64,000 bases of DNA, from positions 21,390,001 to 21,454,000 of the forward strand of contig CM022667.1 in assembly GCA_012295275.1 (NCBI GenBank), in the 5' to 3' direction. The stretch's first letter is position 1. Every line of letters begins with the position of its first letter. The DNA is from Chrysomallon squamiferum (Eukaryota; Animalia; Mollusca). The translations under genes and the position numbers were made by a program. Shown here piece by piece: positions 29,949 to 64,000 of this stretch. The notes beneath the pieces are model-generated. The model searched no databases, had not been told where the DNA came from, and was given only the letters and a program-made list of their open reading frames with translations.

Positions 29949-30629
29949 TAATAATAATAATAATCCTTATTTAGTGCAAAATTATCTTCTTCTTCATTTT
30001 ATTTTACTATTTTGTTTAGTTTATAAGTTTGTGAGCTTTTGCCACTTCCTTTACATACAGAATTAAAATGTCTCTAATCTAAAAAGATTTCTCATTTACA
30101 CTATGTAATTGGTCAAATTGGAATGAATACAAATATGACATTTCAAAGCATTCAAATTCTTAAATAACAAAATCAATTTAAATTTTCAAAAAACACTTTG
30201 TTTTCCTCATTTTCACCTCCATAACTTTACTCTGCAAATTTTTAATTCTCATATTTCTTAAGTGATCATTACAGGATGGTGCTGGAGAGACAATCTATGA
30301 ATATAAATGGAAGCCCCTAAATAATAGCTAATAGGTTAAGTCAAACCATTTAACTTGACAGCAAATACAGATATAATCTGGGAAATCACTGGGCTATCTG
30401 TAACAACCACAAAAATATTTGTGCTCTGTCTTCTCATAAGCTTTTTAATACATAACTAAAATCTAAAATCTAAAATCTAACAATGCTTTAATGGAAAGTA
30501 CAAATAATTTGGCAAAAATTTCATTGGAAATAATTCTAAAAAAAAGAAGAACTATTAGGATTGTTATCAAAGCCAAATCTGAATTCTGAAATGTATTCAT
30601 GAAATAACACACACACACACACGAATGCA

Positions 30630-30665
<36 letters not shown>

Positions 30666-31117
30666 AATACAAACAAAGATAAACATACAAACAGATAGTC
30701 ATGCAATTTTTGTGGATGCTACAGAAATGTTTGATACAATTCCATGCTTAAAAATGATCTTTGTTTCTGATTCTGATAGGGATTTTTTGTGTGTATGTGT
30801 TAAATTTAATTTCATTCAAAACATTATGGATAGCTAACTAAAAATGTAAAAAGTTGAGAAATGTTTACCAAATTGCATTCTTTCAGGGAGTGTTATTTAT
30901 ACAAATGAAAACCAAGTTATCGGATGATTACTTCTGGAGCACCAATGAAAAAATATACAAATACATAACAAAATAATGTTTTCAATTCAGTGCCACACTT
31001 CACTGGGCAGGACACAACACTAAACAGACTGAGTTTATTTTATTTTCTTCTTTGATGAGGCACTGTGCCTGAGAAAACTCCATGAAAACCATCTAAACTT
31101 GAGTATGATTGGTATCT

Positions 31118-53124
<22,007 letters not shown>

Positions 53125-53230
53125 CGTTGTAATGATTTCTAATCGTTTCCTGACTCAATTGCGCATGTGCACTATGGTCGTCGATTCATTCATTTAATAT
53201 TTATCTCCCTTTGACACATGCCGAAACAAA
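53125..53230 (-). promoter_or_regulatory. Putative housekeeping-type promoter of septin exon 1a
   Basis: NRF1-like TGCGCATGTGCA (53160-53171), TGACTCA (53151-53157), local CpG retention at about 52.5-53.6 kb. Confidence 0.6.
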
Positions 53231-53931
53231 GACCAAATAACAAATCGAAACAATCAACTTCCAGCATATTCAAAAAACAAATAATTAAATAAAAATCAAA
53301 ACAGTCATAAGTTATAATTTAATTTTTAATAATATTAATATGTTTGATACATAAAATTAAAAGAAAATTAATATATTTTAATGTTTTCGCGATCAGTATT
53401 GTACTGAAAGTATTTGTTTAATATACGGTGAAAATTGGTGGAAATATGAATATTTACTATACAATCAGCTTATAATTAAAACATTTCTCATTTACATTTT
53501 AGCAACTGTCGTCTGCTGATAGGTTATTCTGCATATTGTGACGATTCGTGAGCATTAAGAATATGCATAAAATATACGACTTTCAAAATCGTTAAGAAAT
53601 GCATTTTGTTCACAGCTGTATAATGTGTATTTTTCTCTGAAAACATATGAAATCGTTTTTTTCCCCACATCAGGCAAAGTGCAATGTCCTTTTCTAAAAG
53701 GCATGCTATATAGATAGTTAAATAAGTTAAATTATACTTTTTATACCATTATTTCATTACCGTCTAAATGACAGAAACGTTAATGATGCTCATGACTGGA
53801 TCTCAACTGAAAATGAGTGACAGATGGACAGTCATATAAAAATGTATTTATCAACTGCTTTTCCTGAAAGATAGAAATAATTTAACATTAAACATACAAC
53901 TGGGTATTTCCTGATGACTTTTCTTTGGGTG

Positions 53932-53971
<40 letters not shown>

Positions 53972-54239
53972 CTGTTGTTCCATGTGACATTTGATATTAA
54001 ACGTTGTCCATTCCTGGATTTTCCCCAGGCTTCTAACAATATTGTTAATACTCTTTAATAAGTTTTCTTTCATAATAGGTAACAAAAACTATTTAAAAAA
54101 AAAGAAAGAACATGTATGGAACAGGTGTACAATGTACATACAAACTGAAAACCAAGGTCAGTGAAATCGTATGTAGTCAACAGTAATATACTCCTCATTT
54201 TTGCTAACATATATAACCAAATAAACATATACATATACA

Positions 54240-54900
54240 CTGTGGTACCTTAACTTACGAGTTCAATTCATTCTGTGACCAAGCTCATATCTCAGTTTGC
54301 TCGTATCAAATCAATTTTCCCAAAAGAAATTAACCGAAATACCATTAATCCATACCAGCCCCCTCAAAACTTGTTTTTAAAAATGAAAAATGTATTTATA
54401 AATGACAAATATTGTGTAAAAACAAAATAAAATATAATGTAAAGAAATAAATTGGTTTTGTAAAGTGTATTTATCTTGGAGATCAGACAAATTATTTTAA
54501 CACTTTTGGCTGGAGATACAGTCTTTATTGACTTTCAGCTTCAGGCAGGATGGTGCATGTCGTAGAAGTACTATGCTCGTACTGCCTAGCCAAGTTGACT
54601 ATGTGCACACCTCGCTCATGTTTTTCTATGAATTCAATGGACCCTATCCGCTTTTTCTGCTTAGCACTGTCCTTTGCATCCACTTTTTTAGGATCCAAGG
54701 CCAGAAAAAAGAAATTTGGCAAAATACAGCACAACACAACAGAGATGATTCCGCGCCAAGGTAACCATGTGAAGTAAACGAGTGAGATGTGGGATGCTGG
54801 CCAGATATTATGTTACATTTTGCATCACCTAGCGTCGGCATATCTGAAGATAGCTCGTAACTCAGATTTTAGCTAAAAACTCAAAGCAAAAAATTTAATA
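54240..54900 (-). mobile_element. Tigger/pogo-family DNA transposon remnant
   Basis: Minus-strand peptide DPKKVDAKDSAKQKKRIGSIEFIEKHERGVHIVNLARQYEHSTSTTCTIL resembles the CENP-B-like N-terminal HTH of Tigger transposases; end sequence ctgtggtaccttaacttacgag is TIR-like. Confidence 0.78.
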
Positions 54901-56239
54901 TCGGCATAAATGATAACACATTAAATTCATGGTGCTGTCACAGACTGACATGGTACATATTCTTATTTACAAAATTTTCATTTTGCTTACAGATAAAATG
55001 TAATGAAAAATAAATTTTGTTAATGATTGTTATAATTAGTTTATCAATTCTGTAATGAAGTGTTTTTCCAGAATTACTATATAAATGTGAAAAAGTAGGA
55101 TCCACATGTAGATGAAATGCAATCACCAGTGTTGTTCTGAATTTGGCTCTATAGCATAATGGGTGGTGTGAGCTTTCTGAGATATAAATGTCTACAAATA
55201 CGAAATCTCTGTAGTGGCCAGAACACTTTTTGTTACAGAAATACGACACTAACCGGAACTTTGGTGGATAGAAGGAAGCAGGTAAAATGAGGGCAATTTA
55301 TGTACATTTAAACAGTCAGGGCACTATAAATGGTGCAACAAATCATTTATCTGTGTGTAAATGGGCACGTGTGCAGTTTTTCCTAATCATAATTAGTGCA
55401 ATTCAAACTATTAACTAATTTTAAACCATATTTTGTAACAAACCGAGAGTGAGATGGTCCAAATTTAATACAATAATTAAATTCCAGAACATTTTTTAAA
55501 TTATTTTATCAATATTTGACTTTGGGAAAATGTGAATTAATGATAAACAAAAATGACCAAATATTAAATACCATCCACCTTTATAAGCATTACATTTAAT
55601 TACTTCTGTAAAATATAGTACCCAAAAATTATTCATATTGAAAATGACAATAAATTATTTTTTGCTACGGGATGCATTTAAAATAATCATGGTCTTTCAG
55701 CTTTTCAAAAATATAATTTTATCGTACAAAACATTTTCAAAAATTAAATAGCAAAACCAAATATGAAGGTAAAACATGATATTCTTCCGTTTAATGACAT
55801 AAAAATACATTTTAAAGCAAGAAAACCGTCAGTATGGCGTTATGCCTTACAGTGTCTTGCAATGATCTAGGAATGCAGACTTCTCTGCCAAATTGCACTA
55901 AATATCGGTCCTAATTTCATAAACAAAACACTTGTTTAATTGTAAAGGATTTGGTGAAATAATATTGCAATCGTCATTAATATCCACTACCCACAAATTT
56001 TGTAAATCATAGAACGGCTAAATATAACGGTAAGTTAGGTCTCCATGTTAGACCTATTACATTAAAGAGATACTATTTATGATACATTTAAGCTATAGCT
56101 CGGGTAATACATGCATTTACGTTATTATGGTATGTTTGTGCAAGTTACAGCTCGTGCAAGTTGTTACAGTAGGCGTACAATGTAGGCCTTCATGGCACTG
56201 TCACACTGGTCTAAAAATAGTGACGGTGCCTGGAATCTA

Positions 56240-56342
56240 CAGTCGACTTATACACAAGTAATACCTAAAATGACGCAATGTTTGGTCTTAAAATACACAT
56301 CCACTTATACATAAGGTCGCCTTGAACATAGTATATACGGTA
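56240..56342. mobile_element. One end of a pogo/mariner-like element
   Basis: gtcgacttatacac ... ccacttatac ... gtatatacgg|ta resembles CCGTATATAC-type termini; the other end was not found. Confidence 0.45.
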
Positions 56343-57009
56343 ATACTATGATGGAATGTTTATGCAGTATATATAAAATAATTTTCAATCAAAAACTTAT
56401 GTAAAACAAAAATAAAATATATAATTTATTGTCTTCTGCAATATCCAATATTAAAAACAATAAAACAAAATTTAATACATTTTATCTAAAATTAATATCT
56501 GCAACAGTAAACCAACCTTTATAAAGTTATTTTAATGAAAAAATGATTTAAATAAAAAAAAATAAAATAAAATTTATAATATACAAAGACAATTTTCAGT
56601 TAACTGTTTTATTGTCAACATTAGATCAGGTAAATATTTTTCAAATTTAACTGCAGTTCATATTACAAAGAGAATCAGTTAAAAATGTTAATTTTTCTAT
56701 CACACTATATGTTGTTACTATTAAATATAAAGAAGTGACTGTACCAGCTATTTATCAAATTAACATCTGAAATTCAGCAATGTCAGAATTAAAATTTAAA
56801 AGATATTAAATAGTTATCTAAAAATATCTGTTGGTTGATTGGTTTCTGGGTCAACAACATTTTTTGATAAATTCTGAAAAACAAAAATAAGTTTTATTAA
56901 GTTTTAATGTTCATTATAAAATACATCTTCAATATTAATATATACAATTCCCAAGAATAGGCACTAATAAATGGATAATCATTTATTTATATATTTATTT
57001 ATTTATTTA

Positions 57010-57081
<72 letters not shown>

Positions 57082-58049
57082 TTTGTTTTATCATGACAAT
57101 ATAAAAAAGTAACTCACTTCATCTTTGTGTAATTTAATAACACAGAGGTCCCCAAAAGTCTTTTTTAATCTAATATAAGGAAAAGTATCTTCTGATGATA
57201 TCTGAAAACAATCATAAAATGTGAGGTTTTCTTGATATTCTCTGAAAACATTTTTGACTTTCATTACAATCTAATCCTTTTAAGTTATTATCATCATATT
57301 TTTAAAAAGCTATTTAAATGTTTGAGTAATTATAATAATACTATGATAGCAATACTGTATTTCAGATGTTCTCTGATAGCAAGTACAAGTGGTAAAAAAT
57401 ATATTTGGCATATCTTTATTTTAAATACACTATATACCAGTTTCTGTTAAGAAAATAATCACAGATTAAATAAGTAATTCCAAAGTTACCATATCTTCAT
57501 CAGGGACTGTTTTACTATTTCTTTGTGAAAAATGACAAAATGAATATATAGGTGCAGATATCTCCTCACAAGTTTCGTATGCTTATCACCAACACCAACT
57601 TATTTTCGAATTACCAGTAAATAAGAGTTCCAAAAATAAATTACTTGGATATCTACAGAGTATCAAACTATGTTTAGAATGTTTGTACGTATGGAATAAA
57701 AGCAAAATTTAAGTAATTACTGTAACATACTGAGTGAAAAGAAAAGATACATACTTCATCACTAGATGAGGCTACAAAGATCTCTTCTGTACTTGACTCA
57801 TTTCTTCTTTCTGCTGAAATTTAAGAACATTTTACTTGTATCAATGTACATCCATGTGTAACAACTGTGTCTTCCCATTTTACCCGTACTCTGTTTGCCT
57901 ACATAATTAACAAAATAATAATTACAGTAAAAACCATAAAACATATCATTCATGAAAAGATATTAGCTTCCTGATTCCTAGCAAGCATCGCATCTGTTGC
58001 AAACACAATATATTGGCATTAACAGCTCTCTGTTCTTCAGTTAACATCA

Positions 58050-58330
58050 GTCTGCTCAGTTATTTTTGTTTATAGCTGATTGATGGGGATCAGTGTATTC
58101 TGAATATGAATTTGATGTTATATATTGTGTTATATCCAGTTTTTTTACTTCTACAGTTCTAAGTCTACCACCTTAGCAGACTGATAACAGACTTTTGGTC
58201 TCATGTTACAGATTACAGCGTGGGATCTCTGGACTCATACTAATCACCTTAACGCAACTAAATCTAAATTACATTCCTTATCTCCATTGTAATTGCAATT
58301 GTTTATCTGATACATAGTTTACTGACAGGG
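58050..58330 (+). mobile_element. Possible LINE (CR1/L2) reverse transcriptase fragment
   Basis: LWTHTNHLNATKSK resembles the RT motif W..N.L.LN..KTK; heavily decayed. Confidence 0.33.
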
Positions 58331-58973
58331 ACCATCATTTTTTTTATATATATATTACAGGCAAACACAGTATAAGCATACTGGGCTGCAGGTAGACTGG
58401 GAGGGAACTGTTAAGGACCATAGAGACAAATGAACCAGAGAAGACCTGTTGCTACCATATGATGAATATGTTGAGAACAGAGCGTAAGATCTCAGTGCTC
58501 TGTTCTGTAATCTGTTGAATGAACCAAACACCTTTTTAATAAAACAAATATTACCAGCAAAATAATAAAAGATAGGTGTACCTAACATGTTTTTTTTTTT
58601 TTAAATAATTTCTTTCTTACATTCATTTCCTTCAGTAATGTTCCAGCTTCCTGATTTAGTACATTTCTTGAAAACCTTTAAAAACAGAATAATTAAACTG
58701 TATTGTTGTTTGTAGAAAAAATGCAGAATTACTTAATTTGGTCTAAATTTTTTTAACTTTTTAAATTGTAACTTTCAAAATAAAATAATTTTAATTATAA
58801 AGAAACATTAGTTGTAAACAAAAAAACAAAGAAAAAGAATAAAAGGAAACAAGTTTTGTTGTTCGTGTTGTTTAAATCAATATTTAAAAGAAATATCAAT
58901 ATATTAAGTGTAGTTGACTGTAAAGAAATGTAAAAAAATATTCTTAAAGTATAACTAAAAAAGATAAAAAATA

Positions 58974-59266
58974 CTGGTACCGGATCAATAATCCAGACTC
59001 CTTGGGGCCTGAAGCATTCTGGATTTCTGGATTTTCTGGTTAAACATTTTAAATTTAAAAACATAAAGAAAATTGACAATACACAACTGTGGCGACTCAA
59101 CACGTAAACAATGTGGCGAGTGAATGAACACCACACGGCTTGAAAGAGTAGTTCCAGTCTCATGAGGACAACATGCATGCTAACCATGAAAATAGCTTCG
59201 GGAAAACATTTCTGGTTTTCTGATCTTTCCATATTTCAGGAAGCTGGATAACTAGTCCGGTACCTG
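58974..59266. mobile_element. MITE of Tc1/mariner-pogo type
   Basis: Imperfect TIRs ctggtaccggatcaataatcca ... tggataactagtccggtacctg, with TA on both flanks. Confidence 0.75.
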
Positions 59267-62200
59267 TATATATATATATATATATTTCAGATTATTTCAG
59301 AGTTTAGTTGTGTGCTATCATTACTGTATATTTTAAAAGATGATGAATGATTAGTGTACACATTTTTATCTCATATCTAATATATAATTTTTAACACAAA
59401 AGAAAATTAACTAATGAATATTAAATGACTTGATTATTATTAATTACTTGTTTTAAATACCTCTTGACATCTGTTTTGAAGAATAAAGTTTGGCTGAGTG
59501 TGTATACCCAACTGACCTCTGTCAGTGGTCAAAGGTCCACTATCACTACTACTGGAAATTGTATAGATCTGTTCAATTTCATCACTGAAAACCCCTCAAA
59601 AATATATATGTTTAAAATTATATACAAACACACATACACAGATAATTCAAAAACACGAAACAAAAAATATATTTAAAAACAATTAATAATTATTATTGAG
59701 ATGTTGTTGCTAAGAAATGGAGAATGAATATTTATTTAATTTTAACATTAACAAAACACTTTTTTTTCTTTCTTTTGTATAATACAGAAATTCAAGAGAA
59801 AAATTACCTGACCTTCATAATCTGTTGGGCCATGATACTGATTTTTAACATTTGTTGCCGACTTATAACTTTATAAAGTGTGTTGTCTATGAAAAACGGA
59901 ACATTATCATAAAATCAAATAAAAATGAAATGCTATTATTTCTAAGCAATTATTTTATGCAACAAAAATTTAAAAAAAATTAAAAATAAAAATTGAAAAA
60001 AGGGGGATTCAAAACATATACATCTTAAGATCAACAGTTTCTTAAAAACAATAAAGAACAAATAAAATATTAAAATATAGTGGAAAGTAAAAATTAAATA
60101 AATATAAATATAAAAGAAAAGTCTAATGTGTAAGAAACTTATTAAAATGTTGTTTAGAAACAAGTACCAACAACATAATTTCATTATTTATTACTAAGAA
60201 AGAAATAATAAGCAGTAAAAAAATTCTTTATACTTCAAAATTATATTTTGTTTTGAGTAACCTAACATCATTAATAACAAAATATGACTGCTACAAAATA
60301 TTTGAATATCTGAATTTTCGAATTTCATGAATTCAGTTGTGGTGTCATTATGTACATCACAATTTCATCCTGATCATAGAAAAATGGTGGCCCAGTCATT
60401 TCTTTTATTGTTACACTTCACTGTAATTAAAATTGAAAAAATATAATTAAAAATTAAAAAAATATAATAACAAAATAAAAATAAAAGAATAATAAAAACT
60501 AAAATATAACTTGAAGTTTGAAGAATATATGTAATCTAAGTCTTCATTAAGGTACATTATAATAATGGAAAACCTTTTACAATGGCATTGTAGTTTGACA
60601 AATTCTGGAAATTCAAAAAAGGAACAAACTTGAGGCTGGTGTTTCCAACAATCCTTCAATATCCACAGTGCATATGCAAAAAAGGGTAAAAAAAACAACA
60701 ACAAGCCTATGAACATAAGGAATACGATATTTACATAATTTTAATTATTTACTTTACTATTTATTTAAATTATTACTTTGACTTAAAATATATTCTGCAG
60801 TAGAAATATATTCCACAGAATCTCTTCAGGGAACAAAGTGTTATCTATTTTAACAATCATGGAATAAAACTGAAACTGTAATATAGAATTGACATTTTAC
60901 AAAATAATTAAGAACTCTGAAGAAGATTAGACATTTTTCAAATGTAAGAATAATGTATTTACACTTTGTGTTATAATCAGAGAAAAAAGACAAAAGATGT
61001 GAAAACCGTTTTTGTTGGAATATTTTTTTTTCATTAAAGTGTGAATGACTAAAGGATCTAAACACATAATTATTACATGTATCTTTTAAATAATAAATAG
61101 TAAGTATCTGTAATATAAATACTGTATTTGTCAATTTAACTGATTTATTAGCACTGCAAAAGCTTTGATATTGTGAAGAATAAACTGATGCTATTCAGTC
61201 ATGGACGAACAATTACACTGATATATAAAAGCAAAATTAAATGTTTAATGCTCAAAAGATGGTTTGCGTCTGGTAAAAATATATCACTTGAAATTACACA
61301 TTTAGACTATATGCAATCACAAGTATACTTTAATGATATCTAAAGCAAAGATTAAAATTGTGTCTTATCTGAAAATGTTATCATATCATTAACACATTAA
61401 GTAATGAAATATATTTTTAGTTTTTGACTCTACCTTTGGTTCCTGTGACTCTGTATAATTAATAATTTCTTTTATTAGAACAAGCGCTAATTCAAAATGT
61501 TCTGTATCATGATCTGTTACTATTTTATGAATTGCAGCAAGGGTAAGACTAGTATGTGAAAGTCTCTGTGGAGAACATCTTGTAAGTATTTCTGAAAATA
61601 AATAATACAAAATTCATATTTTTAAAATGTAGTGCAAATGGCAACAACATAATGAACATTACTTAACATTATTGTTTCTTAAGATCAAGATTATTATGAT
61701 TAAAAAATCAACTATAACCGAAAATGTTAAAGCAAGCATTGTATTTTACTGAAAAATAATTATTTAATTATAATTTTATAACCATTATTTTAAAAACATT
61801 TGATGTATGTTACTTATTTTTTTAACCTTAGGAATATAAAAATATGTTTTGCATAAAAAGATATAATAAAAACATATGCCATCAAACAATTTGTAACACT
61901 ACTAATAGTAATACTAATAAGTAATACTAATACTACTAGTAGTAATATTAATAGTAATACTTAGATGACTCCAGGTATTTAAATGAAAACAGATTTCTAG
62001 ATCTGCATCATCTTACCATGTATAATTTCATAGTTTTTGAATTTGCAGGCATGGTAAAAAATCCATTCAATAACATTCTCTTCGTTTTCAATTTCATTCA
62101 TGGTTAACTTAAATATCCTTTAGAAAAATAATTATATTCAATCTTCTCTAAAAATGTTTATCGTCTTAACATTTGATATTGCATGATTACCGTCACACTG

Positions 62201-63770
62201 ATTTGTTTCGAGTATAACAGTTACAAGTGATTTTTTTTTAAAAATACATAATTACTATAAATCAGTGTTACGTGTTTATTTCCACTGTAATTATATTCTC
62301 TTCGTATTTGTGAAGAAAATGGTTTGAACGTTACGGTGTTTCTGAGTTATCTCCCTTGAGGATATAGTTTCACAATAGGTTCCCTTTTTTATTAGGTGAT
62401 TGATTCTATCTATATTTTGACGCGAGTATCCAATTTAAGTAAAAAATAAAAAAAATAAAAAAACTTTATATATATTTCATATTACCGTATAAATATTTTT
62501 TCACTATAATTGTTATAAAAGTGTAATAGTATCCTTTTATGCATTATCTTAGTTTATTGTGATATTATAAAGTGTAATATATTTTATTTTACCAAATGAG
62601 TTCAATACAAATGAAATTAAATCAAGCCTAATTAATTATTAATTTTTATTCAACATCGACTGAGGTATAAAATTATTTCACGATATATATTTGTTTTCAT
62701 TTAATTAGGTTTTAGCCTTGACATTTTGATTAACAATAATATAAACATAAAAAAATAATAATAATAAAAATATAAACCACCATTGTATATAGCTTTTGTA
62801 TGAAGGATACGATGAAAAGTGTAAAATATAGTCACAACTAATCAGTACTTAAAATAAACAGAATTAGCCCAATGCTGTCATACTGAATTAGATAGTAATA
62901 TATACTGAACTAAAAAAACAACAACAAAAAACAAAAAAAAAACCACCAATACAATTACAACTTATAGTTAAGACCAACAATTTGAAAAAGCGTCTATGTA
63001 TTTCTAATCCAGCAGATTTGGAAATCTAGAAATTTTATAGTTAATAGTCGTATGAAATGTTATGCCTATTACACTTCAGTCTCTTAAAGGTTTTACCACA
63101 GGGCTAAATACAACAGTCGACCAGTCCGCTTTGCATGCGATGTCGTCACGATTCGCTCTAAAATTATAAAAGGGCGGCATTCAAATGTTTTGCAACCCTC
63201 TAATTTTTAATTTCATTCTTTCTTGCGAACGATCATATGTCATCCAAACTAAAACTGTTAACTTGAAAGTATAATTAATTTGTTTTGCTCTTCATAGAGG
63301 AAAACTCAAAAAAAAAAAAAACACACAAAAAAAAAAAAAAAAAAAACCTCATGGTTGTATTAGAATGATGTTGGTGTGTATGCAGAAACAATATTATTAT
63401 TATTATTAATATTATTATTATTTAAAACCTTTTTCTTAAATCAATAATCAACGCGAATTTTGTTTCTTGTTAATATTTTTCTATTAAATTTTAAAGTTTA
63501 TTTCACAAGTTAATTTTACACGATTTCCGTCGATCCATAAATGAAAATTATCTCAGACGACATCAGTGATCATCTGTCCAAGTAGACTAATGGTATGATC
63601 GCACCTGTATGTTATAACACTAGGTCTTTCGATTTCAAATTTTGGTTGTGTAAAAACTATTAGAACGTCTAACTTGAAATATTGGCCTGCAACCGAAAAT
63701 ATCGGTGCCTTTAATTTTCCATTTTCAGAAAGTTTCAAAATTTAGTGTGTGTTTCTTTTGTTTTGTTTCG

Positions 63771-63827
<57 letters not shown>

Positions 63828-64000
63828 GCTGTTGTTGTTGTTGTTAAAAGTGTGCAAGTGGTAAAAGTTTTCTACCGTCTATCTTCTGGAATTTCATGGA
63901 AAGCTCCAACACTTTATAGTCGTTTTGGTACTCACATATACATGTTTATCCCTGTTATTATTTTAAAACAAGTTTTGCTTAAATTAATGACTATAATTAG

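Larger units (their letters stand above)
53970..62101 (-). pseudogene. Unprocessed pseudogene resembling a telomere repeat-binding factor (TERF1/TERF2-like)
   Basis: Exon-like blocks: 62017-62101, 61434-61591, 60630-60706, 60262-60420, 59808-59886, 59461-59584, 58621-58675, 57755-57898, 57490-57652, 57118-57201, about 56814-56873 and about 53970-54088, mostly with AG/GT edges. TRFH-like peptides (NVIEWIFYHACK, FELALVLIKEI, KRNDWATIF, IFCSSHIL) and a telobox-like last exon (ENLLKSIN..AWGK..WTTFNIK..W). In-frame stops and frameshifts are present. Confidence 0.68.

Noticed and set aside
60262-60420. Selenoprotein interpretation of the two TGA codons
   Set aside because: Other exons carry TAA stops and frameshifts, and no SECIS-like element was recognised.
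63090-63745. CpG-containing patches resembling transposon fragments
   Set aside because: No paired termini or protein motif could be established.

Overview
Very AT-rich, microsatellite-dense animal genomic DNA, probably mollusc (inferred from repeat content only). (1) A complete minus-strand SEPT7-group septin gene (CDS about 31.1-53.1 kb) can be assembled by hand with GT-AG introns and consistent phases. It appears to have two first exons. The upstream one (ATG G) joins the next coding exon in frame only through a predicted 2-nt microexon (cag|CG|gtaagt, 50820-50821). (2) Upstream on the same strand (about 54.0-62.1 kb) is an intron-containing, multiply disabled gene resembling a telomere repeat-binding factor (TRFH-like N-terminus, decayed telobox Myb exon). 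(3) The first 26 kb has no recognisable protein gene; it retains CpG and holds minisatellites (32, 22, 38 and 65 bp units), decayed Tc1/mariner copies and motif clusters. Most ORFs in the supplied track are microsatellite or low-complexity artefacts. All homology calls are by eye from remembered family motifs; no searches were run.
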